DNA from: a virus
Strand: one strand, 5' to 3'
IMG/VR virus record: IMGVR_UViG_3300022669_000027
Span: 3,302-67,301 of that record
Length of the DNA stretch: 64,000 nucleotides
The position numbers were made by a program, and so were the translations under genes. Shown piece by piece: positions 10,029 to 19,808 of the stretch (the stretch's first letter is position 1; every line of letters begins with the position of its first letter). Under the pieces are notes generated by a model. That model saw nothing but the letters and a program-made list of their open reading frames with translations. It made no database searches and was not told the DNA's origin.

Positions 10029-10742
10029 TCAGTATATATCGACCTCTTTTCCGTTAAAGACAGTCCAAGCAGGTCCACTCAATGGATCGTCGTTAATATC
10101 GAGTAATGGAGTATGTTGTTCAAGATATGTTTTAATATTTTCGCCTTTATCTCCACACAATATGAGGGGCGTTCCTTCCAATGTGCATGGATCCGCGTAT
10201 AAAAATCTTAATTCTATCAATTTGTCGCTCGAAAAAGCCGGTATCGTGTCGGAAGTAGTTCGTATCGGAGCATTTGTTTTTTTGATTAAATCCTCCATAG
10301 AAGCATACTCATGTGTAATCACATCTTGTAATGACTGTGAAGTTTCTATCCATTTTTGGACTACAAAAATCAATTTGTTCGAAGAAGTCAATCTGACCTG
10401 TCTCGGAAACCGTACCTGTATATATGTCAAAAATATCATCCTGCCGGTATTGGGCGCGAAAGAAAATGTACTGTCATCTGGGTCTGTCCAAGTTGTGGAA
10501 TCTCCGAAATCATGAGTATTTATCCTGTTGTCAAATAATGCAACAGGCGCGTTCGCATAAGCCAGGGCCTTCACCACGTCCGGGTCAGAGGAATCCGCTT
10601 TGGCTCTCATCAATAAAGATTCTGATGCCTGAAGTGTCAATTCCACTATTTGAGAACTTATATTTTCATAAAAGAAGGGCAAGGCGCGTTCCCTTCTGTA
10701 TTTCAAAAATTGATCAGTGCTTACATCAATAACATGAGTCAT
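10029..10742 (-). CDS. Hypothetical protein (putative virion)
   Basis: 237-aa ORF in the tightly packed late operon. Confidence 0.65.
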   Translation of the reverse strand: MTHVIDVSTDQFLKYRRERALPFFYENISSQIVELTLQASESLLMRAKADSSDPDVVKALAYANAPVALFDNRINTHDFGDSTTWTDPDDSTFSFAPNTGRMIFLTYIQVRFPRQVRLTSSNKLIFVVQKWIETSQSLQDVITHEYASMEDLIKKTNAPIRTTSDTIPAFSSDKLIELRFLYADPCTLEGTPLILCGDKGENIKTYLEQHTPLLDINDDPLSGPAWTVFNGKEVDIY

Positions 10743-10761
10743 GTTGTGTCCTCATCTTGTG

Positions 10762-11655
10762 TTATGTCACCGGATAGTTACGATATCCAAAATAAATAAT
10801 CTCAAATAGACTCAATCCTGTGAGGTCATCTTTTACTTCCGCTTCTATTTTTGTGGTTGTCCCTCTTCCTATTCTGATCCCATTGGGCATGAAACGACTT
10901 ATCGGAATAGCGACAGTGGTGGCGTCATCTCCGCTATCTGACCAATTGGTCAATTCCCATGATTTAGCCTCTGATCCGTAAGGTTCCGTCAATCCTGACT
11001 GGGCTATAAGTTCTCCGCCCGTTCGTGCATTAGATATAATACATGAAGTCACGCCTTCGTCAATGGATCTTAAAGAGAATCCATTAACCAACGGATTCAA
11101 TTTCCCAAACAAATTATGGGAAACTGATAAATCTGCTAACACTATCGCGAAATGCATTATATGAAAATCAAAATCCGGTTGAGCATCCATGTAAAATATT
11201 TGAGGAGTGACTGATCCATCGACATTCATGTTACTTCCTGCAGATCCGTAGGGCTGTGCTCCTGTAAGCGTAAGTACGCCAGAACAATATCTATGTATGT
11301 TAGGTGTTTCCGGTTCTGGTGGTGTGTTTACCACGTTTACGGATAACGGAGATTCCACACTCCCCAATGATCCCGGCTCTAAAGACAACACAGTGGAATG
11401 GCGGACTTCTATGAATATTTGTAATGAATCTGTATTCGCCATTCCTGTTGTAGAAGTATTTAATGTCAATACATTACCTGACAGTGATCCCGATAAAGAA
11501 GATTCATTGAAAATATAAATAATCTGAGAAGTTGTGATATTGGTAATTACCAATATCTTTGATATATTTATAGGCCCCGCCTCGGAAGGCCACTCATTAA
11601 AGGTGACCGTCTTTGCAGAAACATCAAATGTATAATCTTCCAGCAAATATTTCAT
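10762..11655 (-). CDS. Putative virion structural protein
   Basis: N-terminus (YTFD..AKTVTF...ILVITN.T...IIY) resembles beta-rich phage fibre/baseplate modules. Confidence 0.6.
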   Translation of the reverse strand: MKYLLEDYTFDVSAKTVTFNEWPSEAGPINISKILVITNITTSQIIYIFNESSLSGSLSGNVLTLNTSTTGMANTDSLQIFIEVRHSTVLSLEPGSLGSVESPLSVNVVNTPPEPETPNIHRYCSGVLTLTGAQPYGSAGSNMNVDGSVTPQIFYMDAQPDFDFHIMHFAIVLADLSVSHNLFGKLNPLVNGFSLRSIDEGVTSCIISNARTGGELIAQSGLTEPYGSEAKSWELTNWSDSGDDATTVAIPISRFMPNGIRIGRGTTTKIEAEVKDDLTGLSLFEIIYFGYRNYPVT

Positions 11656-11912
11656 TATGACCCCAAAGCTATAATCAATGCTATTTCTTTGTCTTTCGGT
11701 CTATTCCTGCCGACTTTCGCTACCCACCTGGAAAAACCGCCTTGTCCTGTCGTAAGTATGGTGACATCATTTGCTGTATGAGGGTACCACGGTACAAATT
11801 CATAATATGTCGCAGTCTCTTTCACATAGCAAACTTCGTGAGCCCTCCCGGTACTTTTTGCTTCGGACACAGTGTCAACTATAAAATCTCTAATATGTCT
11901 TTGTGACTGCAT
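11655..11912 (-). CDS. Small putative fibre adaptor protein
   Basis: 85 aa, translationally coupled. VDTVSE...CYVKET..YY...RW resembles tailspike docking modules. Confidence 0.55.
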   Translation of the reverse strand: MQSQRHIRDFIVDTVSEAKSTGRAHEVCYVKETATYYEFVPWYPHTANDVTILTTGQGGFSRWVAKVGRNRPKDKEIALIIALGS

Positions 11913-12002
11913 CGCATTTCCCTTATTAGTCTCACTGTATCCAACCGGCGTGTCGCGCCACTCGGTTCACTGTATCCGACCAAAGTGGCGCGACACTTGG
12001 GA

Positions 12003-12899
12003 TTATACTTCCTCAGCAACCTCCACCTCGAAAGAATCCCCTGGATCCAGGGCAAAGGTAAAATGAAACGTTGTGGAAGAGTCCCAAATTACCTCACTGC
12101 CTTTCGTCAACTGTTCCCCATTAACCCGGATACGGGAACGATTGTCATTGTTAAATGACGTGGCATTGGCCCCCAAAGAGGTAATAGTGTCCCCTGTCAC
12201 TGTAGACGCGCCTGTGGCGGCTCCGTCGCCAGTGGACAATGTGATAACTTCATCTTCATCGTAGAAGGATGTCACCAGATATTTACGAACCAAAGGCTCA
12301 GGAAGGGACGCCACCACCTCTTGCTCTACAGGCATACCTTGTTTCATGCCGTCCGGGGTATGTCGCTCCGCGTACAGTCGAGGATAACTGATTTCGATAT
12401 CGCCGGTAATGGATACAAGTGTATACGTCCCGTCCGCTGCCACCGATACAAAGGAAGCCTGTACGTTTTCGGAACTGACAGCTGCAATAGCATCCCCATC
12501 AGTAACAGAAGAAGCCGCCTGGAATAAAGCATACACTCTTCGGCCATCTGCATCTACAAGAGGATCATGAGAGGCTGCATCTCTCAATTCGCACAAATTC
12601 ACACACTGACTCAGTGAATTATACGTTGCGGAAGTCGCAGCTGTTCCTACAGCACCAACAAGCTGGGCAGCCACAACACCACCGTCTGTTCGATCAGAAT
12701 CGACTCCCAGAGCTATGTTTCCTGTCACATGAGAAGAATCAAGCAAAGTATATTGGCCATTTACCGTGATAGCTCCTTCCACATAGGCCCCTGGTTTGAC
12801 TTCAGTACGGTCAAGATATTCCTTTAAAGAATTATACAGACCACCGCCTTGAGCATCCCCAGCTCTGCTCGTATCTACGTGACGCGCGTTTTGCAACAT
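12003..12899 (-). CDS. Putative virion structural protein
   Basis: Ala/Gly/Thr-rich. Its C-terminal NG..L.KG..V.W.S..F.F.F.LDPGD module is shared with the 12910..13434 protein. Confidence 0.65.
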   Translation of the reverse strand: MLQNARHVDTSRAGDAQGGGLYNSLKEYLDRTEVKPGAYVEGAITVNGQYTLLDSSHVTGNIALGVDSDRTDGGVVAAQLVGAVGTAATSATYNSLSQCVNLCELRDAASHDPLVDADGRRVYALFQAASSVTDGDAIAAVSSENVQASFVSVAADGTYTLVSITGDIEISYPRLYAERHTPDGMKQGMPVEQEVVASLPEPLVRKYLVTSFYDEDEVITLSTGDGAATGASTVTGDTITSLGANATSFNNDNRSRIRVNGEQLTKGSEVIWDSSTTFHFTFALDPGDSFEVEVAEEV

Positions 12900-12909
12900 G
12901 GTTATCTCC

Positions 12910-13434
12910 TTATGATGTTACTTTGATGTAGTCTCCGGGGTCTACGTCGAACCCGAATATAAAAGAATACATAGAGGTCCAAAGAACGGCCTCGCCTTTA
13001 ATCAAATTGGACCCATTTAAATAAAATTGCACTGCTTCATCTTCTAAAAATACTTGTGCGGCTGGTCTAAGGTTGCCTATGTCCCTTTCAAAAGTATAGC
13101 ACAGCCCTCCTGAATTAACAAAGAACTCGGCCCCAGACAGACATGATTTAGACACATATAAAATTGAAGTTCTGGTAGGGCCTGTCCCTACTTGAATTCC
13201 GGGCCAAGTGCCTACTTTTACTGCAATGGTTTGTTGTTTTATTAATGCGTTTATCTTGTTTTGTTTAAGAAGCGCATTGATTCTTTGTTCCGATACCGCC
13301 GCCTTGATCCGGTTCGCAGCAATGGTAGCATTGATAACAGGATGAGAGACGGAGGCTTTGACCGTAGGGTTCGATACCTTCGCCTTGACAATCGGATTAG
13401 AAACAACGGCCTGGATGCATTCACAGCTACTCAT
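12910..13434 (-). CDS. Putative virion structural protein with short N-terminal repeats
   Basis: Repeats of the (V/I)xA.VS.P type, and a C-terminal module paralogous to that of 12003..12899. Confidence 0.6.
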   Translation of the reverse strand: MSSCECIQAVVSNPIVKAKVSNPTVKASVSHPVINATIAANRIKAAVSEQRINALLKQNKINALIKQQTIAVKVGTWPGIQVGTGPTRTSILYVSKSCLSGAEFFVNSGGLCYTFERDIGNLRPAAQVFLEDEAVQFYLNGSNLIKGEAVLWTSMYSFIFGFDVDPGDYIKVTS

Positions 13435-13808
13435 GGCGTGTATGTACTCATATGGGTTGTATGGTCATATACCTCAACTGTTTCTTCCTCTCCGATTGTG
13501 GGGAGGACTGTTTTTACTTTGCCCGCTGTAGATATAAATTGAAAATCGTAATAATACTCACCAGGTTCTACCAGAGCCGTTTTTTCTGCCGGGATTTCCA
13601 AAGTCAGCAATCCCGTAGGATCGATTAAATCATCGTCGTCTCTATACGCGGTATGTTGAAGAACGCCTGGATCAGGATCTGTCTGACTTGTTTTAAGAGT
13701 AAAGGTCAAAGCCCCATTAGCGGGAATGGGCTGATCATTTTCATCTACTAATTGCAAAGTATAATCAATAGAATCTCCTTTCCTGATCGGATCTATTTCT
13801 GCTGCCAT
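13431..13808 (-). CDS. BppU-like baseplate/fibre attachment domain protein
   Basis: I.KGD......L.D...PI.....FT.K....D...G......P..T....G.YYYD.Q pattern. Confidence 0.6.
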   Translation of the reverse strand: MAAEIDPIRKGDSIDYTLQLVDENDQPIPANGALTFTLKTSQTDPDPGVLQHTAYRDDDDLIDPTGLLTLEIPAEKTALVEPGEYYYDFQFISTAGKVKTVLPTIGEEETVEVYDHTTHMSTYTP

Positions 13809-14317
13809 TACACCACCCCCATGGATACGGATAGTTCCCCGGCTAAAGGCGCGTCATATGTAACTTTTGCTACATCTCCGCCGAATGTATCTATTACCAA
13901 GGCCGCTGCTTGATACCAACCATTACTGTCGGCCCCTGGTAACGCCGTCAACGTGGTACTTGCAACAGGAACCCATAAGCCGTTATTAGACTTGATCCAG
14001 ATTTTGGCATTTACCTGGGACTGACTGGTGAAATAGGCAGCAACAATAATTTTCGACCGTCTTCTTACCGATACTTCAGCACTTTCACCTCCAGAAGACG
14101 AAAATGAAGGTACTTCAGGGAACTCCAGCGGAGCAAAACACGTTGTAGTTGACTGGAGATAATCAGCATCGTAACCACGCAGACACGCAACAGGAACCGG
14201 ATCACCGGAATCAGCATCTTTTACATTAATGTGATCCTCAGCCAAGGAACCGGTTATTGATGCTTGATATGCTGTAGTAGGATTCCATTCTGTATATAAA
14301 GTGTCTGCTATTTGCAT
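13808..14317 (-). CDS. Hypothetical protein (putative virion)
   Basis: 169-aa coupled ORF. Confidence 0.6.
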   Translation of the reverse strand: MQIADTLYTEWNPTTAYQASITGSLAEDHINVKDADSGDPVPVACLRGYDADYLQSTTTCFAPLEFPEVPSFSSSGGESAEVSVRRRSKIIVAAYFTSQSQVNAKIWIKSNNGLWVPVASTTLTALPGADSNGWYQAAALVIDTFGGDVAKVTYDAPLAGELSVSMGVV

Positions 14318-14940
14318 TATTCACTCAGCCTCTCAAACGTCTTTGGGGTGATAAGATTGTTAGTAAAGAGTAGGTTAATCCCTGCCTTACACTTCTTAGT
14401 CGTAGGATTAACCTTCTTCAAGCCATTTACGTAGTTGACGAATTCATCAACGTCTGGATTATCTGAAGAATCCACTACCTTCCACTCACGGTCTGTTAAC
14501 TGACCCCAAAAGTCGTCGGGAGTCATGTTCTTAGGTCTGCCAGGTTCTCCTCTAAAACTCATAAAGTTACCCTGAATTACCTCACCAACCCGACCAACCA
14601 CATTATTCAATCTGTATTCACTAAGACATGGATCGAATTCTTCTGCTGACTTTCCGATACGGCCAGACTTCGTGTGAGTGACTATGGTAACTATCTTACC
14701 TTTGTTCTTTATTACAGCAATGCAGCCTCCCTGCTCTATAACCCTTCTGAACTCGTCTGCTCTATAAGGGTGCTTAAGCAGTTCTATGCCATTAACCACT
14801 GGATTCTCCGCATCAAGAAGTTCCAGGGATATGTCTGCTTCCACCTCCGCAATGATCTGCTCTGTATTCACCACGGCTACCATATCCTCAAGTGTTTTCT
14901 TTGATGCTCTGAACTTACTCTTCAACTTATCTGCTATCAT
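14317..14940 (-). CDS. Hypothetical protein (possible fibre assembly chaperone)
   Basis: Follows the three propeller genes. Probable start MIADK overlaps the upstream stop codon. Confidence 0.5.
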   Translation of the reverse strand: MIADKLKSKFRASKKTLEDMVAVVNTEQIIAEVEADISLELLDAENPVVNGIELLKHPYRADEFRRVIEQGGCIAVIKNKGKIVTIVTHTKSGRIGKSAEEFDPCLSEYRLNNVVGRVGEVIQGNFMSFRGEPGRPKNMTPDDFWGQLTDREWKVVDSSDNPDVDEFVNYVNGLKKVNPTTKKCKAGINLLFTNNLITPKTFERLSE

Positions 14941-16190
14941 GGTGTGTCCTGTACGCAAAGGTTCTTAACTTCTTTATACAACCGAACTACATAAGGTGAA
15001 CTATCTAATGTATGTATAGTTGTGTCCGTGTCCTCATCAAAAACACTGGATGTATCATATACCTCCAATTCAAAGGGCTGACTTCTAACTACAGACCAAG
15101 TATTGGTGGCTATATCATAGCCGACAACCACATGTTTCATTGCAGGGTCATTTAGGTTGCCTTGATCTATACATATCAAAGACAGGGCTGTATCGTAATA
15201 GATATGATATTTGATATAGCCTTCATAATCTGACGAGTAATCCGGAATGGTAGTGTTATCCCATGTATTTGCTACTGTATCATATATCAGACCCTTTATA
15301 TCACCGGTGGTAGTACCTGTTCTATAGAACGCATATAGTTTAGTGCCTACACCGACTGTGCCCGCATTAATAATAGAAACTGGAAGATCGGCCTTTTGAA
15401 CGTATGCCGCAGAATTCGGAGTTGTGTAATCATCTAAGCTCCTATCATACTCATAAACAGATACACCTGAATTCTGACCTCCAAATATATAAGCCTTTCC
15501 GTTACAGAAACCTGCTGATCCTTTATACCCTTGATTTAACACTCCGGGAATGACAGTGGCCATCTCTTTATTAGTACCTGTAGACAGATTTACTTCAATA
15601 GCTCTGCTGTAATACCTGTCGAAGATCATATACTGTGTGTCGCTAATCTTACAACCTGCTGTATAGTAAACATTGTTTACTAAATCCGTCAAGCGAACAC
15701 TTTCTCCTGTAGGAAGGTGTATCCTATACACGTACTTGTATTGTGACTCACCTCCTATAACATACAGGTAATTATTATATATTGCAAGGAGAGGGTAATC
15801 CCTATATGGTGTGTCTCCTGATTTAAATATAGTTTCACTCCCATAACCTTTGGCTACGCTTGTAAACCCTGCAGGTACTGTACCTAAGACTTCCTTAACT
15901 TCTAACGGAAATTCAGGTGTCTCTGTTAGGTCTGCTATAAACTGACACTGCCACACAAAAGTGCCTCCAGACACCATCGCAACTGTACGGTAACTATCTG
16001 TAGATGGACTGGGTGTATATCTTGCAATATAACAGTAAGATGGACCCCCATCAATAATTACATAACAGATGTCACCTTCCCTTACTGCAACATTCGATCC
16101 ATCACTGAATATATCAGTGTGGCTCACGTCCTCTAAAGAGTCTGTACCCCCTGATAGGGAATCACAACTTATTATGCTGTTCTTAATCAT
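14937..16190 (-). CDS. Kelch-type beta-propeller protein (putative receptor-binding protein 3)
   Basis: Kelch motifs LYVIGG, AYIFGG..VYEYD, YDTVANTW and YDIATNTWS. Confidence 0.75.
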   Translation of the reverse strand: MIKNSIISCDSLSGGTDSLEDVSHTDIFSDGSNVAVREGDICYVIIDGGPSYCYIARYTPSPSTDSYRTVAMVSGGTFVWQCQFIADLTETPEFPLEVKEVLGTVPAGFTSVAKGYGSETIFKSGDTPYRDYPLLAIYNNYLYVIGGESQYKYVYRIHLPTGESVRLTDLVNNVYYTAGCKISDTQYMIFDRYYSRAIEVNLSTGTNKEMATVIPGVLNQGYKGSAGFCNGKAYIFGGQNSGVSVYEYDRSLDDYTTPNSAAYVQKADLPVSIINAGTVGVGTKLYAFYRTGTTTGDIKGLIYDTVANTWDNTTIPDYSSDYEGYIKYHIYYDTALSLICIDQGNLNDPAMKHVVVGYDIATNTWSVVRSQPFELEVYDTSSVFDEDTDTTIHTLDSSPYVVRLYKEVKNLCVQDTP

Positions 16191-17413
16191 GTCTTTGTAA
16201 TCCTCACGGGGTTGTCTTTTCTCATAATAAAGTGGGATAAAGACGAGTCTTTATTAAAGTAACCAAAGGGGCATACCATTCCGAAGTCCTTATAATATAG
16301 AGGAATGCCGCCTTCTTCAGGACTCTCAGTGTAAGGATAAGAAGACCATGTGTTACTTACTATGTCGTAAATATGTGTCTGGTTATCTAAACCTGGGAGA
16401 ATCAACTGACGTGTCTTTTGATCTATCCAACCCATATGCATCCACCATAAATCGGCTGGACTTGTTGCAAGATCTTCCCAACTGTCAGTATCTATTGAAT
16501 ACCTCATAGTATGACAATCAGGCTTTTCACTAACATAATATATCTGATTGTACTCAAAATCAGGACACATACAACCATCTTTGGGAGCAAAAGGAAAGTC
16601 GGCTAATTTATAAACCTCTCCTGTTAAAATATTAACCTTCCCAAATCCTACATCTGGTGGGTACCTACACACATACATCCACTTCCCTATGCGCAAAGCC
16701 ATGCGAGGAGTGGACTCACTACCAAACACGTCTGCCCAGCTTGTTGCAGGTGACACAAAGACAAACGGAATGTGAGACACGACACCTTCGTCTATTAAAA
16801 ATCTTGAAAGTAATGCAAGATCATCTATGTCAGTTATCATGTTTTCTGATCCACCTTCTGGACTCTCAATGCAGTGAGTTGGACAGCCCCAGAACCCGTG
16901 TGTATTGGTTATGGCTGTATATGTGTACGTATTGGATACCAAATCCCAACGGTGATAATCTCCCTCAGTCACTACATGAAGTATGTTACCAAGAAGAGCA
17001 CAACCATAATAACCAGCTTCTGTCCCATCATAATATACATCCCAACTCATGAACGGTAACTCAGAATATGGTATTACGGCTCCTGTAAACCCACCGGGTG
17101 GAATCTCAGAACCGCTTAAAATATTGAACTGAGTTCCGGATGGTACATCTATGGTGTCTTTAGTAAATCCACAGCAAGACCAATAAAAGTCTCCAGGATT
17201 GTTATTAGGAACTAAAATGAGAATACCACTGTCAGACTGACCTGCAGCTGACTTAAGAATGTAGAATGCTGTCTTTCCTGTTGCGTCTGCAACCACAGCC
17301 CTATCTCCTACTTCCAATGGAACATTAGACCCGTCTCCATAATAATCAAGAGGATCTATGTTCTTTAATGAAGAGTCATTACCGTCAAGTGTATCACAGA
17401 ATAATAATCTCAT
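16187..17413 (-). CDS. Kelch-type beta-propeller protein (putative receptor-binding protein 2)
   Basis: RYSIDTDSWEDLA and IYDIVSNTWS motifs. N-terminal domain similar to that of 14937..16190. Confidence 0.72.
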   Translation of the reverse strand: MRLLFCDTLDGNDSSLKNIDPLDYYGDGSNVPLEVGDRAVVADATGKTAFYILKSAAGQSDSGILILVPNNNPGDFYWSCCGFTKDTIDVPSGTQFNILSGSEIPPGGFTGAVIPYSELPFMSWDVYYDGTEAGYYGCALLGNILHVVTEGDYHRWDLVSNTYTYTAITNTHGFWGCPTHCIESPEGGSENMITDIDDLALLSRFLIDEGVVSHIPFVFVSPATSWADVFGSESTPRMALRIGKWMYVCRYPPDVGFGKVNILTGEVYKLADFPFAPKDGCMCPDFEYNQIYYVSEKPDCHTMRYSIDTDSWEDLATSPADLWWMHMGWIDQKTRQLILPGLDNQTHIYDIVSNTWSSYPYTESPEEGGIPLYYKDFGMVCPFGYFNKDSSLSHFIMRKDNPVRITKT

Positions 17414-18597
17414 GGGCGTTCCTTCTTATAAACAGAGTATGGGCTTACACTAATAAGTTTATAACCATCAATCTCTTCGTCATCCAGGAAGAAATTAACA
17501 CCTTCTCCTAAATACACCGACATAGAATAACCTACAGCCCTATAAAGGATGTTCATATCAGTTAACAATCCTGTATCCCCTGTAAGAGGGTCATAGTAAA
17601 CATAGTCCTCATTATATGGAGAGTATAACCTGCCTGAGATAGGGTCCCAGAACAGTGCGGAAGGATGGTTATATGGTCTTGTGATTGTATTGAAGGCTGT
17701 AATGGAGTGCTTTAAAGTAAAGGATCCATCTGAGGAATCTAAAGTGTAAACTCCATTCCCATAGAGGCATACCAAGAACTTCCCAGGATTGTGTGGATCG
17801 GGTGCCCAGGAACATGGTTGTGCTGGACATACTCCCTTATGTGTCCAAGTATCTCCAGTTATGTCATATTCATAGATGTCATATGCTAAAGAAGAATATC
17901 TATTGATGTAATATAACTTATTGTTCTCCTGAGATGCATCTATCATAAAGTTCTGATTCATTGCTACTGGATACGCTGCCTTAGCTGCATAACTCATGGT
18001 GGTAGTAGCTACATCAAACAAATGATGGTTACCTGCTGTGTCTATGATATGAATCTTATCCTCTGACTTGGAGTAACAACGTCCGTGCTCGCCAAGGGAT
18101 GACGTGCTGTCTGTCATAGTACCCACTAAATGAACGGCTGATGTTAGGTTATTTAGGTCTATCTCAATTATATTCTCAGATGTGACCCATACCTTACCGC
18201 TAACGTGTTCACATGACAACCCAGAATAATATGCGAACTCTTGCAAGTACGTGATGGTATATGCCAAAGGAGGTACTGAAGCTGAAGACCAACCTGATGG
18301 AATTGAACCACCGAACTTGCCGGTGGTTTCCAGTGAATTAGGTACTGCTCCATCAAAGAACCCATGAGAAACTTTATCCCATTGTATCTTACCATCATCT
18401 GATGATAAGCTTTCTGGCAAGGACTCGGTTGGAGAATCCGTTACTTGGGCTTGAAAAAACGCGCAATCGTCCCGGTTAACATCTCCGATCAAATGTACAT
18501 AATCTCCATTTGAAACAGACCTTAACGGATGGGGTTGTTTAATAGCTCTTAATTCTGCCAAAGAGCGCACTGTGTATATAGCAGTAGACATGATCAC
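17410..18597 (-). CDS. Beta-propeller protein (putative receptor-binding protein 1)
   Basis: YEYDITGDTWT and YYDPLTG repeats. N-terminal V.SLAELRAI docking-like module. Confidence 0.68.
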   Translation of the reverse strand: MIMSTAIYTVRSLAELRAIKQPHPLRSVSNGDYVHLIGDVNRDDCAFFQAQVTDSPTESLPESLSSDDGKIQWDKVSHGFFDGAVPNSLETTGKFGGSIPSGWSSASVPPLAYTITYLQEFAYYSGLSCEHVSGKVWVTSENIIEIDLNNLTSAVHLVGTMTDSTSSLGEHGRCYSKSEDKIHIIDTAGNHHLFDVATTTMSYAAKAAYPVAMNQNFMIDASQENNKLYYINRYSSLAYDIYEYDITGDTWTHKGVCPAQPCSWAPDPHNPGKFLVCLYGNGVYTLDSSDGSFTLKHSITAFNTITRPYNHPSALFWDPISGRLYSPYNEDYVYYDPLTGDTGLLTDMNILYRAVGYSMSVYLGEGVNFFLDDEEIDGYKLISVSPYSVYKKERP

Positions 18598-18689
18598 CTC
18601 ATTTTCATCAGCACTTTTATTGTATATATTCTACTATTTTTGAACTTATTGGTCTACCATTTAATTAAATCAGGATCTTATAAAAAGGT

Positions 18690-19235
18690 TTATGTACAAA
18701 AATCAACCAAAGATTCTCCAGGTTGTTGGACTCTCATTATCGGAAAAGTACGCTCGCTCTCATCGAACAAAGCTCTAAATTGAAACGTCAAAGACTTCCA
18801 TGAATTGGATATTAAAAGAAGTTTACTGGAAATTGATAATTCCACCGCAGGAAACTGTACGCATATAGCCGGGCCGTCGTATACATCGGGTACGAATTTC
18901 AAAGCTCGGACCACGGGAGTCAATTCGGACGTATATAATGGTTCTGTTCCTGCATCCGTATTATCCCCTAACCACCATATTTTTTGAAGCATATTCCGTG
19001 TCATTGATTCACACACAAAAGCTCCATTAAAGGAAGCACTGGTGATTATCCCTTTGGTGGAAGGCAAACGGATAAGCCGCCCGTTCGAGTCAGTATAGTA
19101 TTGATTGAAAAACTTCTGAACCACGTCCATTCCTATTTCCAAATCCATAGAATATCCGAGATCTTCATATGAACCGGAGTCAAATTGTTCTTTAAGGTGG
19201 ACAACTCCCCCACCAAGGGATAATGTATCTATCAT
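18690..19235 (-). CDS. Minor tail-tube-like protein (paralog of 36164..37177)
   Basis: LSLGGGVV..EDLG and LKFVPD..GP...LTFQFRALFD align by eye with YQLGKGVG..RDLG and FRFVSD..GP...ISLQFELLAD of the major tube. Confidence 0.6.
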   Translation of the reverse strand: MIDTLSLGGGVVHLKEQFDSGSYEDLGYSMDLEIGMDVVQKFFNQYYTDSNGRLIRLPSTKGIITSASFNGAFVCESMTRNMLQKIWWLGDNTDAGTEPLYTSELTPVVRALKFVPDVYDGPAICVQFPAVELSISSKLLLISNSWKSLTFQFRALFDESERTFPIMRVQQPGESLVDFCT

Positions 19236-19534
19236 TTTGTTACCTTAAATTCAAAAGCCAGACAGATTCCGCTTACATCCACAGACACAGTAGCCCCAGA
19301 ACAAGTAGCCTGTTGACCAAGAGCCGCGAAACCGTGACGTGTAAATTTGTAATTGGTTCCTTGCGGTAGTTGGATGCCCAAAGCCATCATGGCTTTAATG
19401 TTTCCGTGATCCACCGAAGGCCACAGGACATTCTGATCACCTTCTGTCACCATCTGTCCATTTTCGTACAGCACGGACCACGCTTTTATGTTGGGGAATG
19501 ATGGAACGGGTATTACGGACGTTATGGTCTCCAT
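19232..19534 (-). CDS. Hypothetical protein
   Basis: 100-aa ORF in the operon. Confidence 0.55.
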   Translation of the reverse strand: METITSVIPVPSFPNIKAWSVLYENGQMVTEGDQNVLWPSVDHGNIKAMMALGIQLPQGTNYKFTRHGFAALGQQATCSGATVSVDVSGICLAFEFKVTK

Positions 19535-19808
19535 TATTTAATCTCCTGTCTATTGTGGATATGGCATCTAAAGAAGACGATAATTGTTTTATGATCCATG
19601 CTCTATCTCCTGCTCCTTTTTCAATATAAGACATAGTATCTGATAAAGTTTTTTGGAATTGTTTTACCATTCCGGTACTTAAAGGAACAATGGCTTCTAT
19701 GAGTTCGGGAGGTAGATGTTTCAAAGATTCCAAATTTACTTTGATTGAAGGTCTCTCTTCCTTTACCGCGATACGTTTTGTTGTTTTGTTTTCTCTAGGC
19801 ATAATCAA
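19437..19808 (-). CDS. Hypothetical protein
   Basis: Coupled to the upstream gene. Its 3' end overlaps the next ORF by about 100 nt. Confidence 0.45.
   Translation of the reverse strand: MIMPRENKTTKRIAVKEERPSIKVNLESLKHLPPELIEAIVPLSTGMVKQFQKTLSDTMSYIEKGAGDRAWIIKQLSSSLDAISTIDRRLNNGDHNVRNTRSIIPQHKSVVRAVRKWTDGDRR

Noticed and set aside
14937-18597. Diversity-generating retroelement acting on the propeller genes
   Set aside because: No reverse transcriptase in the window, and I saw no template/variable repeat pair differing at adenines.
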